Source: Heptranchias perlo (taxonomy: Eukaryota). From it: a DNA stretch of 64,000 nucleotides. Position 1 is the first letter of the stretch. Every line of letters starts with the position of its first letter. Shown piece by piece: positions 1-12,090 of the stretch. The translations under genes and the position numbers were made by a program. The notes under the pieces were generated by a model. It was not told the DNA's origin, did not search any database, and saw nothing but the letters and a program-made list of their open reading frames with translations. Where the stretch lies: NCBI RefSeq assembly GCF_035084215.1, contig NC_090327.1, forward strand, positions 64,976,001 through 65,040,000, given 5' to 3'.

Positions 1-10
1 TTCAAAGGTA

Positions 11-250
11 GTGATCTCAGGATTACTACCAGTGCCACGTGCTAGTGAGTATAGGAACAGAAGAATAGACAGGATGAATGCGTGGCTGCAGGGATGGTGT
101 AGGAGGGAGGGATTTAGATTCCTGGGACATTGGGACCAGTTCTGGGGAAGGTGGGACCTGTACAAGCGGGACAGGTTACACCCGAGCAGGACCGGGACCA
201 ATGTCCTCGCGGGGGTGTTTGCTAATGCTGTTGGGGAAGGTTTAAACTAG
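11..250 (+). mobile_element. CR1 LINE ORF1, C-terminal end (SGNH esterase-like domain)
   Basis: Translation ISGLLPVP...NAWLQGWCRREGFRFLGHW...LYKRDRLHPSRTGTNVLA is typical of the CR1 ORF1 esterase C-terminus (DxxH motif); lies directly upstream of CR1 ORF2. Confidence 0.85.
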
Positions 251-432
251 AGTGGCAGGGGGATGGGAAGCTGAGAGGGGAGTCAGAAGGGAGTAAAGTT
301 GAGAGCAGCAAGAGAGGGGAAGACCCAAGGGAAATTTACAATACAAATAGTACAAACAGTTGTTCAAGAACAAGTGAAAGGGAAAAGCGTAGAGCAGCAG
401 AAAGAAAGTGTACTTTAGACACTACAGATAAA

Positions 433-3243
433 GTGAAAACTAGAAGGTGTAAGGCGATTAACCCAGCATCAAAGCTGAAGGTCAGGCTGGGGAGTGTGGC
501 CCAACTAAGAGTTCTATATACAAATGCACGGAGTATAAGGAATAAATTAAATGATCTACAGGTTCAAATTCAAATTGGAGGGTATGACATGATAGCTATC
601 ACTGAGACATGGCTGCAGGATGGTCAGGATTGGGAACTAAATATACCAGGTTATAAGGTCTACAGGAGAGATAGGGAAAATAGAAGAGGGGGAGGAGTAG
701 CCTTAATGATTAGAGATGAAATCACTTCAATGATAAAGGAGGATATAAGGAGAGGTAAGCAGCCAACAGAGACCTTATGGGTTGAATTGAGAAATAGGAA
801 AGGATCTAAGACTACAGTGGGAGTTGTGTATAGGACGCCTGGCAGCAGCTCTGAAGTGCTAGATTGTATAAATGCAGAGATTAGACAAGTGTGTAAGAAA
901 GGCATAGTGGTCTTAATGGGGGACTTTAACCTTCACATAGATTGGGAAAAGCATACTAGCAACTGTCAGAAAGGTAGTGAATTTCTTGTGTATTCGGGAT
1001 AGTTTTCTACAGCAGTATGTCCTAGAGGCAACAAGGGGGCGAGACATATTAGATTTAGTAATGAGTAATGAACCAGATTTAGTTAATGGCTTAACTGTGC
1101 GTGAACATCTATCCAATAGTGATCATAACATGATCGAGTTCAATGTAGTGTTTGAAAGGGAAGAAAGTGAATCAGCTGCTAAGATTCTAGACTTGGGTAA
1201 GGCCAACTTCAAAGAGATGAGACAGAGACTGTCCACAGTAAACTGGGCAAATCTGTTAATGGGTAAAACGACTGATGATCAGTGGGAAATGTTTAAAGAA
1301 ACATTTAACGTGATACAGAATCGGTTTATACCCCTGAGGGGCAAGAACTCTATTTGCCAAAAAAAACAGCCATGGACAACTCAAGAGGTAAGGGACAGTA
1401 TAAGACATAAGGAAAGGGCATACAAAAAGGCAAAAAATGGCACAGATCCTGGCGAATGGGAAAGATACAAAGATCAACAAAGGGTCACAAAACAGATAGT
1501 AAGAGCTACAAAAAGAGTGTATGAAAAGAAACTTGCATGGGATATCAAAACCAATATGAAGAACTTTTATAGTTATATTAGGAAAATAAAGAGGGTGGTC
1601 AGGAGCAGTGTTGACCCCTTAAAAACTGAAAGTGGGGATATTGTCATTGACAATGGGGAAATGGCGGACATGTTGAACAATTACTTTGTGTCAGTATTTA
1701 CAGTAGAAAAAGAGGATAGCATGCCGGAAATCCCAAGAAAACTAATATTGAATCGGGGACAGGGACTCGATAAAATTAATATAAGTAAAGCAACAGTAAT
1801 GAAGAAAATAATAGCACTAAAGAGTGACAAATCCCCAGGACCAGATGGTTTCCATCCCAGGGTTTTAAAGGAAGTAGGTGAGCACATTTCAGATGCCCTA
1901 ACTATAATCTTTCAAAGTTCTCTAGATTCAGGAACTGTCCCTCTGGATTGGAAAATTGCACATATCACTCTGCTTTTTAAGAAAAGAGAGAGAGGGAAAC
2001 CAGGGAATTATAGATCAGTTAGCCTAACATCTGTTGTGGGGAAAATGCTGGAATCTATAATTAAGGATAGGGTGAAGGAACACCTCGAAAATTTTCAGTT
2101 AATCAGAGAGAGCCAGCATGGATTTGTGAAAGGTAGGTCGTGCCTGACAAACCTGATTGAATTTTTTGAAGAGGTGATTAATGTAGTGGACAGGGGAATG
2201 TCAATGGATGTTATTTATATGGACTTCCAGAAGGCATTTGATAAGATCCCACATAAGAGACTGTTAGCTAAGATAGAAACACATGGAATCGAGGGAAAAG
2301 TACGGACCTGGTTAGGAAGTTGGCTGAGCGAAAGATGACAGAGAGTAGGGATAATGGGTAGGTACTCACATTGGCAGGATGTGACTAGTGGAGTCCTGCA
2401 GGGATCTGTCTTGGGGCCTCAATTATTCACAATATTTATTAATGACTTAGATGAAGGCATAGAAAGTCTCATATCTAAGTTTGCTGTGTAGATGAAAACA
2501 TAAAATTACAAAGTGATATTGATAGATTAGGTGAATGGGCAAAACTGTGGCAAATGGAATTCAATGTAAACAAATGTGAGGTCATCCACTTTGGATCAAA
2601 AAAGGATAGAACAGGGTACTTTCTAAATGGTAAAAAGTTAAAAACAGTGGATGTCCAAAGGGACTTAGGGGTTCAGATACATAGATCATTGAAGTGTCAT
2701 GAACAGGTGCAGAAAATAATCAATAAGGCTAATGGAATGTTGGCCTTTATATCTAGAGGACTGGAGTACAAGGGGGCAGAAGTTATGCTGCAGCTATACA
2801 AAACCCTGGTTAGACCGCACCTGGAGTACTGTGAGCAATTCTGGGCACCGCACCTTCGGAAGGACATATTGGCTTTGGAGGGAGTGCAGTGTAGGTTTAC
2901 TAGAATGATACCTGGACTTCAAGGGTTAAGTTACGAGAAGAGATTACACAAATTGGGGTTGTATTCTCTGGAGTTTCGAAGGTTAAGGAGTGATCTGATC
3001 GAAGTTTATAAGATATTAAGGGGAACGGATAGGGTGGATAGAGAGAAACTATTTCCGCTGGTTGGGGATTCTAGGAGTGGGGGGCACAGTCTAAAAATTA
3101 GAGCCAGACCTTTCAGGAGCGAGATTAGAAAATATTTCTACACACAAAGGGTGGTAGAAGTTTGGAACTCTCTTCCGCAAACGGCAATTGATACTAGCTC
3201 AATTGCTAAATTTAAATCTGAGATAGATAGCTTTTTGGCAACT
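433..3243 (+). mobile_element. CR1 LINE ORF2 (APE endonuclease + reverse transcriptase), near full length but disabled and 3'-truncated
   Basis: APE motifs YTNARS, ITETWL, GGGVA, VVYR, MGDFN (433-1002); RT motifs KSPGPDG, NYRSVSLTS, SQHGF, DFQKAFDK (977-2338); C-terminal RPHLEYC...FYTQRVV (2554-3243). Frameshift near 990, TGA at 2336-2338, deletion through the FADD motif near 2486, no 3' tail. Confidence 0.95.
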
Positions 3244-3244
3244 G

Positions 3245-4377
3245 CTTGGAGCATTTAGGAGGAGTCCTGCTCATCCCAGCTTCACATTCAGGTAAATATT
3301 TTATAACAAACTTACCTCTTTGATGGCAGCCTCCAATGGTTCCTTTACAGGCCTAAAATGGAGCCATAGCGTCCAATATTGCAGGCGATGTGCGTACACG
3401 CATTCCATGCCAGAAGTGTGCTGCTCGACATATTGGTAAAGGCAGAAAAAGAAGCAAAATTGGGCTGCCCTAAATGCAACCACCTGTGGCATAACTAGCA
3501 GTCCTTAAAGGCACCGCTGGAGACCGCCACCAAAAAGGTAAATTTGTGATAAAATACTTACCTGAATGTGGAGCCAGGATAAGCAGGAGTCCTCCTTACT
3601 GCTCCACTGTGGTGCCGAAGACCGTTGCTGGCTCCCGCTCTGCCCCCTCCTGATCGACCCCCTTCCGATCGCCCCCCTCCCTCCCTATCGTTCCCCCCCC
3701 TCACCCAATTGCTTCCACCTTCCTGAATGCCTCCCCCTCCCAATAGCTCACCTCCTTCCCTTCTGATCGTTCCCCCCCCACCCAATCAACTCCACCCTCA
3801 TAATTGCCTCTCCTCTCCTGATCGCATCCCCTCCCCCAATTGTCTCCCCCCCCAATTGTCTCCCCCCCCAATTGTCTCCCCCCCCATTCGTCTCCCCCCC
3901 ATTCGTCTCCCCCCCATTCGTCTCCCCCCCCCATTCGTCTCCCCCCCCCATTCGTCTCCCCCCCCCATTCGTCTCCCCCCCCCATTCGTCTCCCCCCCCC
4001 ATTCGTCTCTCCCCTCCCGATCGTCTCCCCCTCCCGATCGTCTCCCCCTCCAATCGTCTCCCCCCTCCTGATCATCTCCCCCCTCCCGATCGTCTTCCCC
4101 TCTCCTGATCATCTTCCCCTCTCCCGATCGCTTTTTCCCTTCCGATCGCCTCTCACTCTCCTGATTGTTCCCCCCCCCCAACAATCGCCTCTCCCCACTC
4201 CCGGGACTGACCTGCGGACCAGTGTCGATGATGCGGCGGCCCAAAATCCAATGTTAATTCGTCAGTGAGCTGCATGGAGACGCCCAGCATGCATCTGGCC
4301 AACACGAGTGCGCCTCGGGCCAACACGTTCCAGCGCAGAAACTGACCCCAGGCTGGCACAAACCAATTTCTAGGCCT
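3245..4377. mobile_element. Partial non-autonomous Harbinger-type TIR element
   Basis: Ends in ACCAATTTCTAGGCC, the reverse complement of a left terminus like GGTCTAGAAATTGGT at 47973; shares internal AGGAG..TCCT and CTTACCT blocks with other copies in the window. Confidence 0.55.
3640..4200. repeat. C-rich minisatellite, ~18-20 nt unit (CCCCCCCATTCGTCT / CCCCTCCCGATCGTCT)
   Basis: Tandem units directly visible, most regular at 3830-4060. Confidence 0.9.
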
Positions 4378-5179
4378 CTGCCTTTGACCTGCTCACCTCT
4401 TGGGTGGGTGTGCTTTTTTAAAATTACTTCAAACCAATCAATAATTATTGGAATTATTTTCTGGACTTGTTACTGATGTTGTAAATGAAAAATGCCAACA
4501 TACAGTGCAGATCTAACGTGTATTTACCTCTCTTACTAGAAAAGACTCCACGGAGATAGATTTGCTCTGTGTAGAAAAATGTTAAAGTTGTTCTTTATAA
4601 ACATGTTTATGATTTTGCTACATCTGTCACACAGGGGTTCATATTTCATCTGCTTAATATTTTTACCTCTGTTTCAGATAGTTTGTCTACATCAGTATTG
4701 TTGTTCAGTAACTTTTTGAGTTGTGGTGAAATGTATTTAGCTAGAGTCAAAGAGAAAACATTGGAGCACAAAATATCTTTTTTTTATTGAGAAATCTGGA
4801 TGAATAGTCAAGGTCCATCAAGACTGAAAAGAGTAGAAGAGGAGGTATATCAGAAAGCAATGGTTATGTAATACTATACTTGGTTTTTAAAAGCCGGTAA
4901 GTTGTAGGAGGAAGGGAAAACTGAGGAAAGTAGAAACTTGCAGTTTTGAGGTTCAGGAGAACAATGAGTTGGAGTAGGAGGTGACTTGATTTTAACATAG
5001 TGCGGATGCAAAGTGAGGGAACAACAGGCAGGATCACATATTTAGAATTCAGTTGGCCTAAAATTATACTTGAGGGGTTACAGTAGTAAGTCATTTTGTT
5101 TCATCTTATTAAACTGTTAAAAGAAAACAGCTTAGTTTAGTATGGATGGTGGGTGGGGGAGGGGGGAGGCACTTGAAGC

Positions 5180-6060
5180 CCATGATGTGCAGTACCTGGA
5201 AGGTCCTTCATGATTCTGAGATGACCACATGTGCAGCGAGTGTCTCCAACTATTTGCACTCAATTTCAAGGTTTCTGAGCTTGAGGAGCAGCTGGCGACA
5301 CTCTGTCTCATTCAGGAGGCTGAAGGATTCTTTGAATGACATTTCAGAAGTGGTCACCGCAGAGGCAGAATGAGGAAGGGGCATGGATGATCATCCGTTC
5401 TATAGGGAGAGTAGACAGGAGGCAGTGCAGAGATCTCCTTATAGTGTTAAATTGACAACTAGGTGAGTATGTGCGACGATGACAACAACTCAGTGGAGAA
5501 CAACCACAAGTATGGCACCGTGGACCAAATGGTTGCCAAAAAGGTTGGAGCAAAGTGCAGAAATGCAGCAGTAATTGGGGATTCCATAGTCATGGCAACA
5601 GACGTGCATTCTTGCCTTCACAACAGAGGGTCTCAAATGGTATGTTGCCTCCCGCGTGCCAAGGTAAAGGATATCACAAACGTTCTGAAGAAGGAAGGGG
5701 AACAGCCAGAAATTGTGGTTCAATCTGGAACCAATGACATAGGGAGAAATAGAATTGGAATTCTACAGAGTGAGATACCTAAAAGCACAAATTATTATGA
5801 ATAAAATTGTTGAGCTAAAGACACAAAATGCTGTTGGTGGGGGTGGGTGGGGGGGTATGAAATAATAGTATTAACAGAAACATGGTTTAGCCTGGAGCAT
5901 CACATACCTAGTTGCAAAATACTTATGAGGAATAGAGTAGGAAAAATGGAAAAGAAATGGAAGTATTAATCAAAGATTAATTTACAGCAGTGGAACATAG
6001 GGATAATATATGGGATGATGCAAAAGATGAAGCTATTTGGTTAAGGAATAGGGCCAGCAG
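5180..6060 (+). mobile_element. Degraded CR1 5' region (ORF1 esterase and start of APE)
   Basis: VIGDSIV (SGNH block I), VCCLPRAKVKDI and SGTNDIG (block III), followed by degenerate ITETW-like codons near 5870. Confidence 0.7.
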
Positions 6061-6169
6061 GTAAGACAGCAACAGTGCTTTGCTCTTTCATTTCTTTCTC
6101 AAATTACTTTCCTTATCAAGATTTTAATTATACTCCGACAGAATTCTGACCACTCAAGTGCCATCTGTA

Positions 6170-6266
6170 CCCAGAGGGTAGCAAAGCTCCATCTAAGAAA
6201 AGATCAAAGAACTTCAGTGATACAGACCTCGATGCCCTACTGGAGGAGACTGAGAGAAGAGACATA
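6170..6266 (+). mobile_element. Harbinger Myb/SANT-like ORF start fragment
   Basis: Reads KERSKNFSDTDLDALLEETERR, matching the R..NFS..E...LL start of Harbinger Myb-like proteins. Confidence 0.45.
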
Positions 6267-6971
6267 GGACTAGAAAAATCAGGTGCATTTATTTTTGGGC
6301 GTATGGGGGGCTGCCAAGTAAGATCTCTGCACCTGAATGATGAAGCCCAAGGCACCCCTGATATTGGGCCTCGGGTCTCATTTCCATGAAGTGGGTGAGC
6401 TGCAGAGAGTAAGAAGCAGCTTGCCCGGTGAAGTGTGTTAGAAGATCAGGCCTCAGGTAAGTGAGGAAGGGGGAGCTACTGGATCGGGAGGTACCGGTGG
6501 CTGGGGGTGGCGGGGGGGGGAATTGGTTGCTTGTGGAGGTGATTGGTAGCTGGGTTGGGGGAAATAGTAGCCGAAGTGGGTGGCGGCCCGTGTTCTTTTA
6601 ATCTGGGGTCAGGAGGAGCAGTCCTTCTCCTCCCAGCTCCACATTCAGGAAAATATTTTTTAAAAACTTACCTTTTTGTTAGTGACCTTCAGCAGGCCCT
6701 TTAAAGCCGCACGTAGACCACATTTTCGATTCTGGCTGAGCCCAATTTTGCAAAGGGAGCCGCAAACAGGCGTTAGGCGTTTGCAAAGGTACAGGGCCTA
6801 ACACCTGTTACAGGCGTGGGCTCTGGATGCCTCTTTTTCTGTCTTTACCAATATGCCAGGCAGTACACTTACAGTGCGTAGTGAGTGCGCGCATCCCACC
6901 CGCCATATTGGATGCTTAGGCACCCTTTTTGCACCTGAGAAACGAGTGCGCCGCCATCAAATTTCTAGGTC
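6267..6971. mobile_element. Harbinger-type MITE
   Basis: Imperfect TIRs GGACTAGAAAAATC ... CAAATTTCTAGGTC; G-rich spacer; internal CAGGTAAGT and CTTACCT. Confidence 0.55.
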
Positions 6972-7064
6972 AATGATTCTAGGAGAAACACCAGAGGAAA
7001 ATTCAGTCTGATTCCACTGAGAAAATCAACTGGTTAATTAAAAGTAAATGGTCAATAGAGATGC

Positions 7065-8473
7065 AGGGAAAAGCCTGGGAACTACAGACCGGTGAGCCTG
7101 ACATCTGTAGTGGGTAAGTTGTTAGAGGGTATTATGAGAGACAGGATCTACAGGCATTTGGAGAGGCAGGGACTGATTAGGAACAGTCAGCATGGTTTTG
7201 TGAGAGGAAAATCATGTCTCACGAATTTGATTGAGTTTTTTGAAGGGGTAACCAAGAAGATAGATGAGGGCTGTGCAGAAGACGTGGTCTACATGGACTT
7301 CAGCAAAGCCTTTGACAAGGTACCGCATGGTAGGTTGTTACATAAAGTTAGATCTCACGGGATCCAAGGTGAGGTAGCCAATTGGATACAAAATTGGATT
7401 GACGACAGAAGACAGAGGGTGGTTGTAGAGGGTTGTTTTTCAAATTGAAGGCCTGTGACCAGCGGTGTGCCTCAGGGATCGGTGCTGGGTCCGCTGTTAT
7501 TTGTTATTTATATTAATGATTTGGATGAGAATTTAGGAGGCATGGTTAGTAAGTTTGCAGATGACACCAAGATTGGTGGCATTGTGGACAGTGAAGAAGG
7601 TTATCTAGGATTGCAACGGGATCTTGATAAATTGGGCCAGTGGGCCGTTGAATGGCAGATGGAGTTTAATTTAGATAAATGTGAGGTGATGCATTTTGGT
7701 AGATCGAATCGGGCCAGGACCTACTCCGTTAATGGAAGGGCATTGGGGAGAGTTATAGAACAAAGAGATCTAGGAGTACAGGTTCATAGCTCCTTGAAAG
7801 TGGAGTCACATGTGGATAGGGTGGTGAAGAAGGCATTCAGCATGCTTGGTTTCATTGGTCAGAACATTGAATACAGGAGTTGGGATGTCTTGTTGAAGTT
7901 GTACAAGACATTAGTTAGGCCACACTTGGAATACTGTGTACAGTTCTGGTCACCCTATTATAGAAAGGATATTATTAAACTAGAAAGAGTGCAGAAAAGA
8001 TTTACTAGGATGCTACCGGGACTTGATGGTTTGACTTATAGGGAGAGGTTGGATAGACTGAGACTTTTTTCCCTGGAGAGTAGGAGGTTAAGGGGTGATC
8101 TTATAGAAGTCTATAAAATAATGAGGGGCATAGATAAGGTAGATAGTCAAAATCTTTTCCCAAAGGTAGGGGAGTCTATAACAAGGGGGCATAGATTTAA
8201 GGTGAGAGGGGAGAGATACAAAAGGGTCCAGAGGGGCAATTTTTTCACTCAAAGGGTGGTGAGTGTCTGGAACGAGCTGCCAGAGGCAGTAGTAGAGGCG
8301 GGTACAATTTTGTCTTTTAAAAAGCATTTGGACAGTTACATGGGTAAGATGGGTATAGAGGGATATGGGCCAAGTGCAGGCAATTGGGACTAGCTTAGTG
8401 GTATAAACTGGGCGACATGGATATGTTGGGCCGAAGGGCCTGTTTCCATGTTGTAAACTTCTATGATTCTATG
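7065..8473 (+). mobile_element. 5'-truncated young CR1 LINE (RT domain, 3' UTR, tail)
   Basis: ORFs 7092-7448 and 7455-8393 are in one frame, separated by a single TGA; motifs GVPQGSVLGP and FADD; ends in CTATGATTCTATG, the CR1 octamer tail. Confidence 0.95.
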
Positions 8474-8789
8474 CAGCAACTGCACCAGTATATTTACATC
8501 AAAAACAGAATTATTTATTTGTGAAAGCGTACTGAAACGCACGTGAAACTGTGCTGGGAATTTAATTTCTTATCAAGTGATGCAAAGTGTTGTGCCAGTT
8601 CTAATAAGTTACAGAGTGCTGAGTGGTAATGAGATTCTTAAGGAAAAACCTCAAATCCTAACTCTTTGAACAGTGTATCTATTTCTCTGTCCTAATAGAT
8701 ATAAAATATTTTTTACAACTTTTTATGGGTGAATTTTAGAAAGAAGAATCTGAGAGAGGTTTTGAGCCAGAGGATGCTTTTACGAGCCT

Positions 8790-9107
8790 GCTCCAATGTT
8801 GTCCGTTTGTCTCTCATTTCTAGAAGGCTATTAGTCATGCTGGGATACAGTTCCACCAATAACAGCAACATCTGGTACATCATCCAAATGGCTATTCTTC
8901 ATTTGTGAGCCCAGACAGTGATTGTGCCCAACTATTCAATTGTGAGTGGCATTGCAGCTTCACCTGATGGTAGCACAGGTTATTAAGTATCCAACAGGAT
9001 CAGAGATTCTGTCTGGCTTTCCCACCACCACCCCTCCCTCCTGAGGGTGCTATACCACTTCCATCAGTACTACCCTAGCTGAGATCAGCTAATTTAGCAC
9101 AGACCAG
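8790..9107 (-). mobile_element. AmnSINE2-like tRNA-derived SINE, 3' part (split by insertion)
   Basis: GCTGAGATCAGCTAATTTAGCACAGACC and ATGGCTATTCTTCATTTGTGAGCC match the reverse complement of the AmnSINE2 consensus as I recall it; continues after 11247. Confidence 0.6.
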
Positions 9108-11244
9108 GGGCACAATTTTTACTTGGAGCCGGGAACTCAGCGGGTGGGTAGATTTTCGCATAGGAAACCCGGAAGTCAAGTGAGTGCGTCAGAATCTGCA
9201 ATCGCAACTCAATTGAAGGCATTTATGTTTGCTTCCGTGTTTCCCACGCGACAGCCAGCCAGATTAACAGGCTGCCTGCCAGTCGGGAGGGAAAGCGGCC
9301 AGGGAGCGGATGCCAGTTAAGTCTGAGATTGTGGGGTGGGGGGTCTCGGCCATCGGTCGGGGGGGGGGGGGGGTCTTGGCCATCGGGGGGGGTCTCGGCT
9401 ATCGGGGGGAGGCTCAGCCATCGAGGTGGGGGGGGGGGGGTCTTGGCCATTGGGGGGATCTTGGGGCGAATGTTGGTTTAAATCCTAACCAGCAATTTCT
9501 GAGATGGGGGTGATTGGGCGTGAATGAGAGTTTGTGATCCTATGCCAGAATTTGTGCTCAGTGGTGGGGAGGAGAAGGTTTGTTGTCCTATCCAGCAATT
9601 TCTGTTATGTTTTTGTGGTCCTAAGCTATGGGGATGCATTGGGCTTATGGTCATTTTTTGGGTGGTTATTCTCGGATATATCATCATTGGCTTGATTCCC
9701 AATTATTGCGCTGTGGATGGGATTTGATTTGTGTTTTTTTTGCTCAGTTGAGTGGGGGCCACATTTATTATTCTGCTGGGGGATGTAGAAAGTGATGTAA
9801 TGGTGGTGCTGCGGGGGAGATATTTATTTTCATTGGTTGCAGTTTTTGCTAGTTGATCTCCCAAGGCATTGCACGTGGGGAGTCAAAACCAATGAAACTT
9901 TTTAGGTCAACCAAGGGAGATATTTGAACCAAGACAGGCTGGGGAGGGGTGAAAGAAAGGGAGAGATTTGAGAACAGTGAAGGCAGACTAAGTGAGGGGG
10001 ATAGGAAGGGTAGGGAAGGGAGAGGCAGTGAGGGGGAGGAGAGGGGAGAGAAGGCATGAAGAGCTGGCTCCAGATTCAGGCCAGGAATAAGGAACATATA
10101 CCAGGGTGAGCAGGAGAGAAACGATTTGATGATCAGTGCAATATAAGTAACATTCATATTTTGAACTTCCTAACAGCACCAGCACGAGCATAAGCATTAA
10201 AAGATGAAAAGCATAACAGATGTCCTCGACAGTTATTTTCTGCTGAATATGGAAAATTTGGTGGATTCAATCAAAGGGCCTGTCAACCACAGCTGAGGGA
10301 AGACTCGGGAAGGACCTTTAGGAACTCTGGTGTGGAAAGTAGATTTATTAGAGCAGATATGACAGAGAAGAAGAAAATTAGAGAAAGGGATGAAGTATTT
10401 ACTGGAGTGGGATGGGAAGAAACACAATCCAAATAGTTGTGGGAGACCGAGCTTATAATAAATAATTATGGAAAGCCGATTGCCAAAAATGGAGAGAGAT
10501 AGAAAGACAGAAAAAGAAGGAAAGAGATGAACCACACAAAAGCAAAGAAAGGATGAGAATTGGAAACATATTTGGAGTGCTACAATTTATATTAACAAAA
10601 TAGCCAAGTTCTTATAACATTTTATGATTCTTTCAAGTAACTTGACTGCAGAATATTCCAATATTTCAGATTTTGCCATCATTCTTAAAAATATAAGCGT
10701 GTGCACATACTCAAGATTGATTTAGGATGTTAAAAATTGATTATTTTCTGAATCTTTAATTTAATTGAGTGATGGCTAGAAGAGTGATTAGAGGCGCAAC
10801 ACAAAGAACTCTCAGTCAAACGTTTGCCTGAGAGAACTGAGAGACCAGCTGCAATGCCTGAGCTTTTATTGAGAAGTGTCAATCACAGGTTTAAAGGGCC
10901 AAATTAACTTTGGCTGCATCTCGCCTCCATTTCAATGGCAAGATTCAGAAGCTATGGTAAACCCATGCAGGTGAAATAAAATTAATTTCAGGCTCAGAAT
11001 CAACAAAAAATTACCTACGTCAAGTATTTCAACTGGGTAAATTGTCCCTTTAACGATCCGTCTGCCAGCGCTAATTTGGGATGCGACTTCCGGGTTTCAA
11101 CTGCGGGCGCCCATCCAAACGCATCCACGTTAAACCCAGATGTGGGCGCGTGGGAGCCAGGTTGCGCTCGCGCTTGAAAAAGCTATTATTTTAACCTCCC
11201 GCCCGCCCCCAACCCATTCGTTCTTTTGGGTTAAAATTAACCCC
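9108..11244. mobile_element. ~2.1-kb non-autonomous PIF/Harbinger-type element with 3-bp CAG target-site duplication
   Basis: TIRs GGGCACAATTTTTAC / GTTAAAATTAACCCC; CAG at 9105-9107 and 11245-11247; removing it rejoins the SINE. Confidence 0.7.
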
Positions 11245-11325
11245 CAGGGATCAGATCAAGAATCAAATTGGAGACTTTTCTGGTCTGTAAGACTCAATAC
11301 CACACCATACGTTGGGACATTGCAG
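11245..11325 (-). mobile_element. AmnSINE2-like SINE head (5' part)
   Basis: GACTTTTCTGGTCTGTAAGACTCAATACCACACCA resembles the reverse complement of the tRNA-like AmnSINE2 head. Confidence 0.55.
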
Positions 11326-12084
11326 GAGCTTTTGATAAATTTAATTTTATCACCAGGAATCAAATCCACTGTAATCCATGGTCTGGTGGTGCAATGCCAG
11401 ATCCAGACCTTTAGACCACCATTAGAAACTGTGCAAAAAGCATCTCTCAATTTACCATATTTTTGGAATAAACTAAATAATTTTAATTTCTTTGTAGTTT
11501 TAATATTATGCAAATGCATTCATCACTAGTTTTAAAATGAATTCTGGCAACCACATAAACAAAATTGCTTTTACAGCAGTACACATACTAGCCCTGCTCT
11601 GAATGGCCACAGGACTGAAAGCATGGAGAATGGGAAGACAGTCTGGTGCATCAGGATATTGTTCCACTTGTGTGACGGGAAATGGGGGGTGATGGGGAGA
11701 GGGTGAATAAACTGTCAGGACAAATGCTGAGGTGAGGGAAAGCAAACATATTATTTGGCTTTTATCAGTGTAACTCCTCAGTACTGTGATTGGTTACAAA
11801 GAATTTGTTCCATTCCCCAACTCCATCATCCCTCCCATAGTTAACTATTAATGTACTAGAAATGTACAATTTAGTTAATTATTTCCAAGCAAAGTTACAC
11901 TGAGAATGGGGAGCCTTGGAGACCTTGCAATCCTGACTGTTCAGAAACGTCTGGCTTGTTTGCCCTGTCTGTGGTTAAAACAAAATAATATTCTGTATGG
12001 TTCTCTTTATTCTAATGCCGCTCTAAAATAAATCTCAAAACTATGTATTCCAGGGAAAAGCTACAATTATTTAGAACTCTCATT

Positions 12085-12090
12085 TTTATT
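12085..12090 (-). terminator. Candidate oprk1 polyadenylation signal (AATAAA)
   Basis: TTTATT on + strand ~1.6 kb past the stop, at the end of an AT-rich repeat-free stretch; alternatives near 12006 and 12960. Confidence 0.4.

Noticed and set aside
3558-4268. Overlapping Pro-rich and Gly-rich ORFs (extensin-like)
   Set aside because: Translations of the C-rich minisatellite in all frames.
433-8393. Active autonomous retrotransposon or host RT gene
   Set aside because: Both CR1 copies have stops, frameshifts or truncations.
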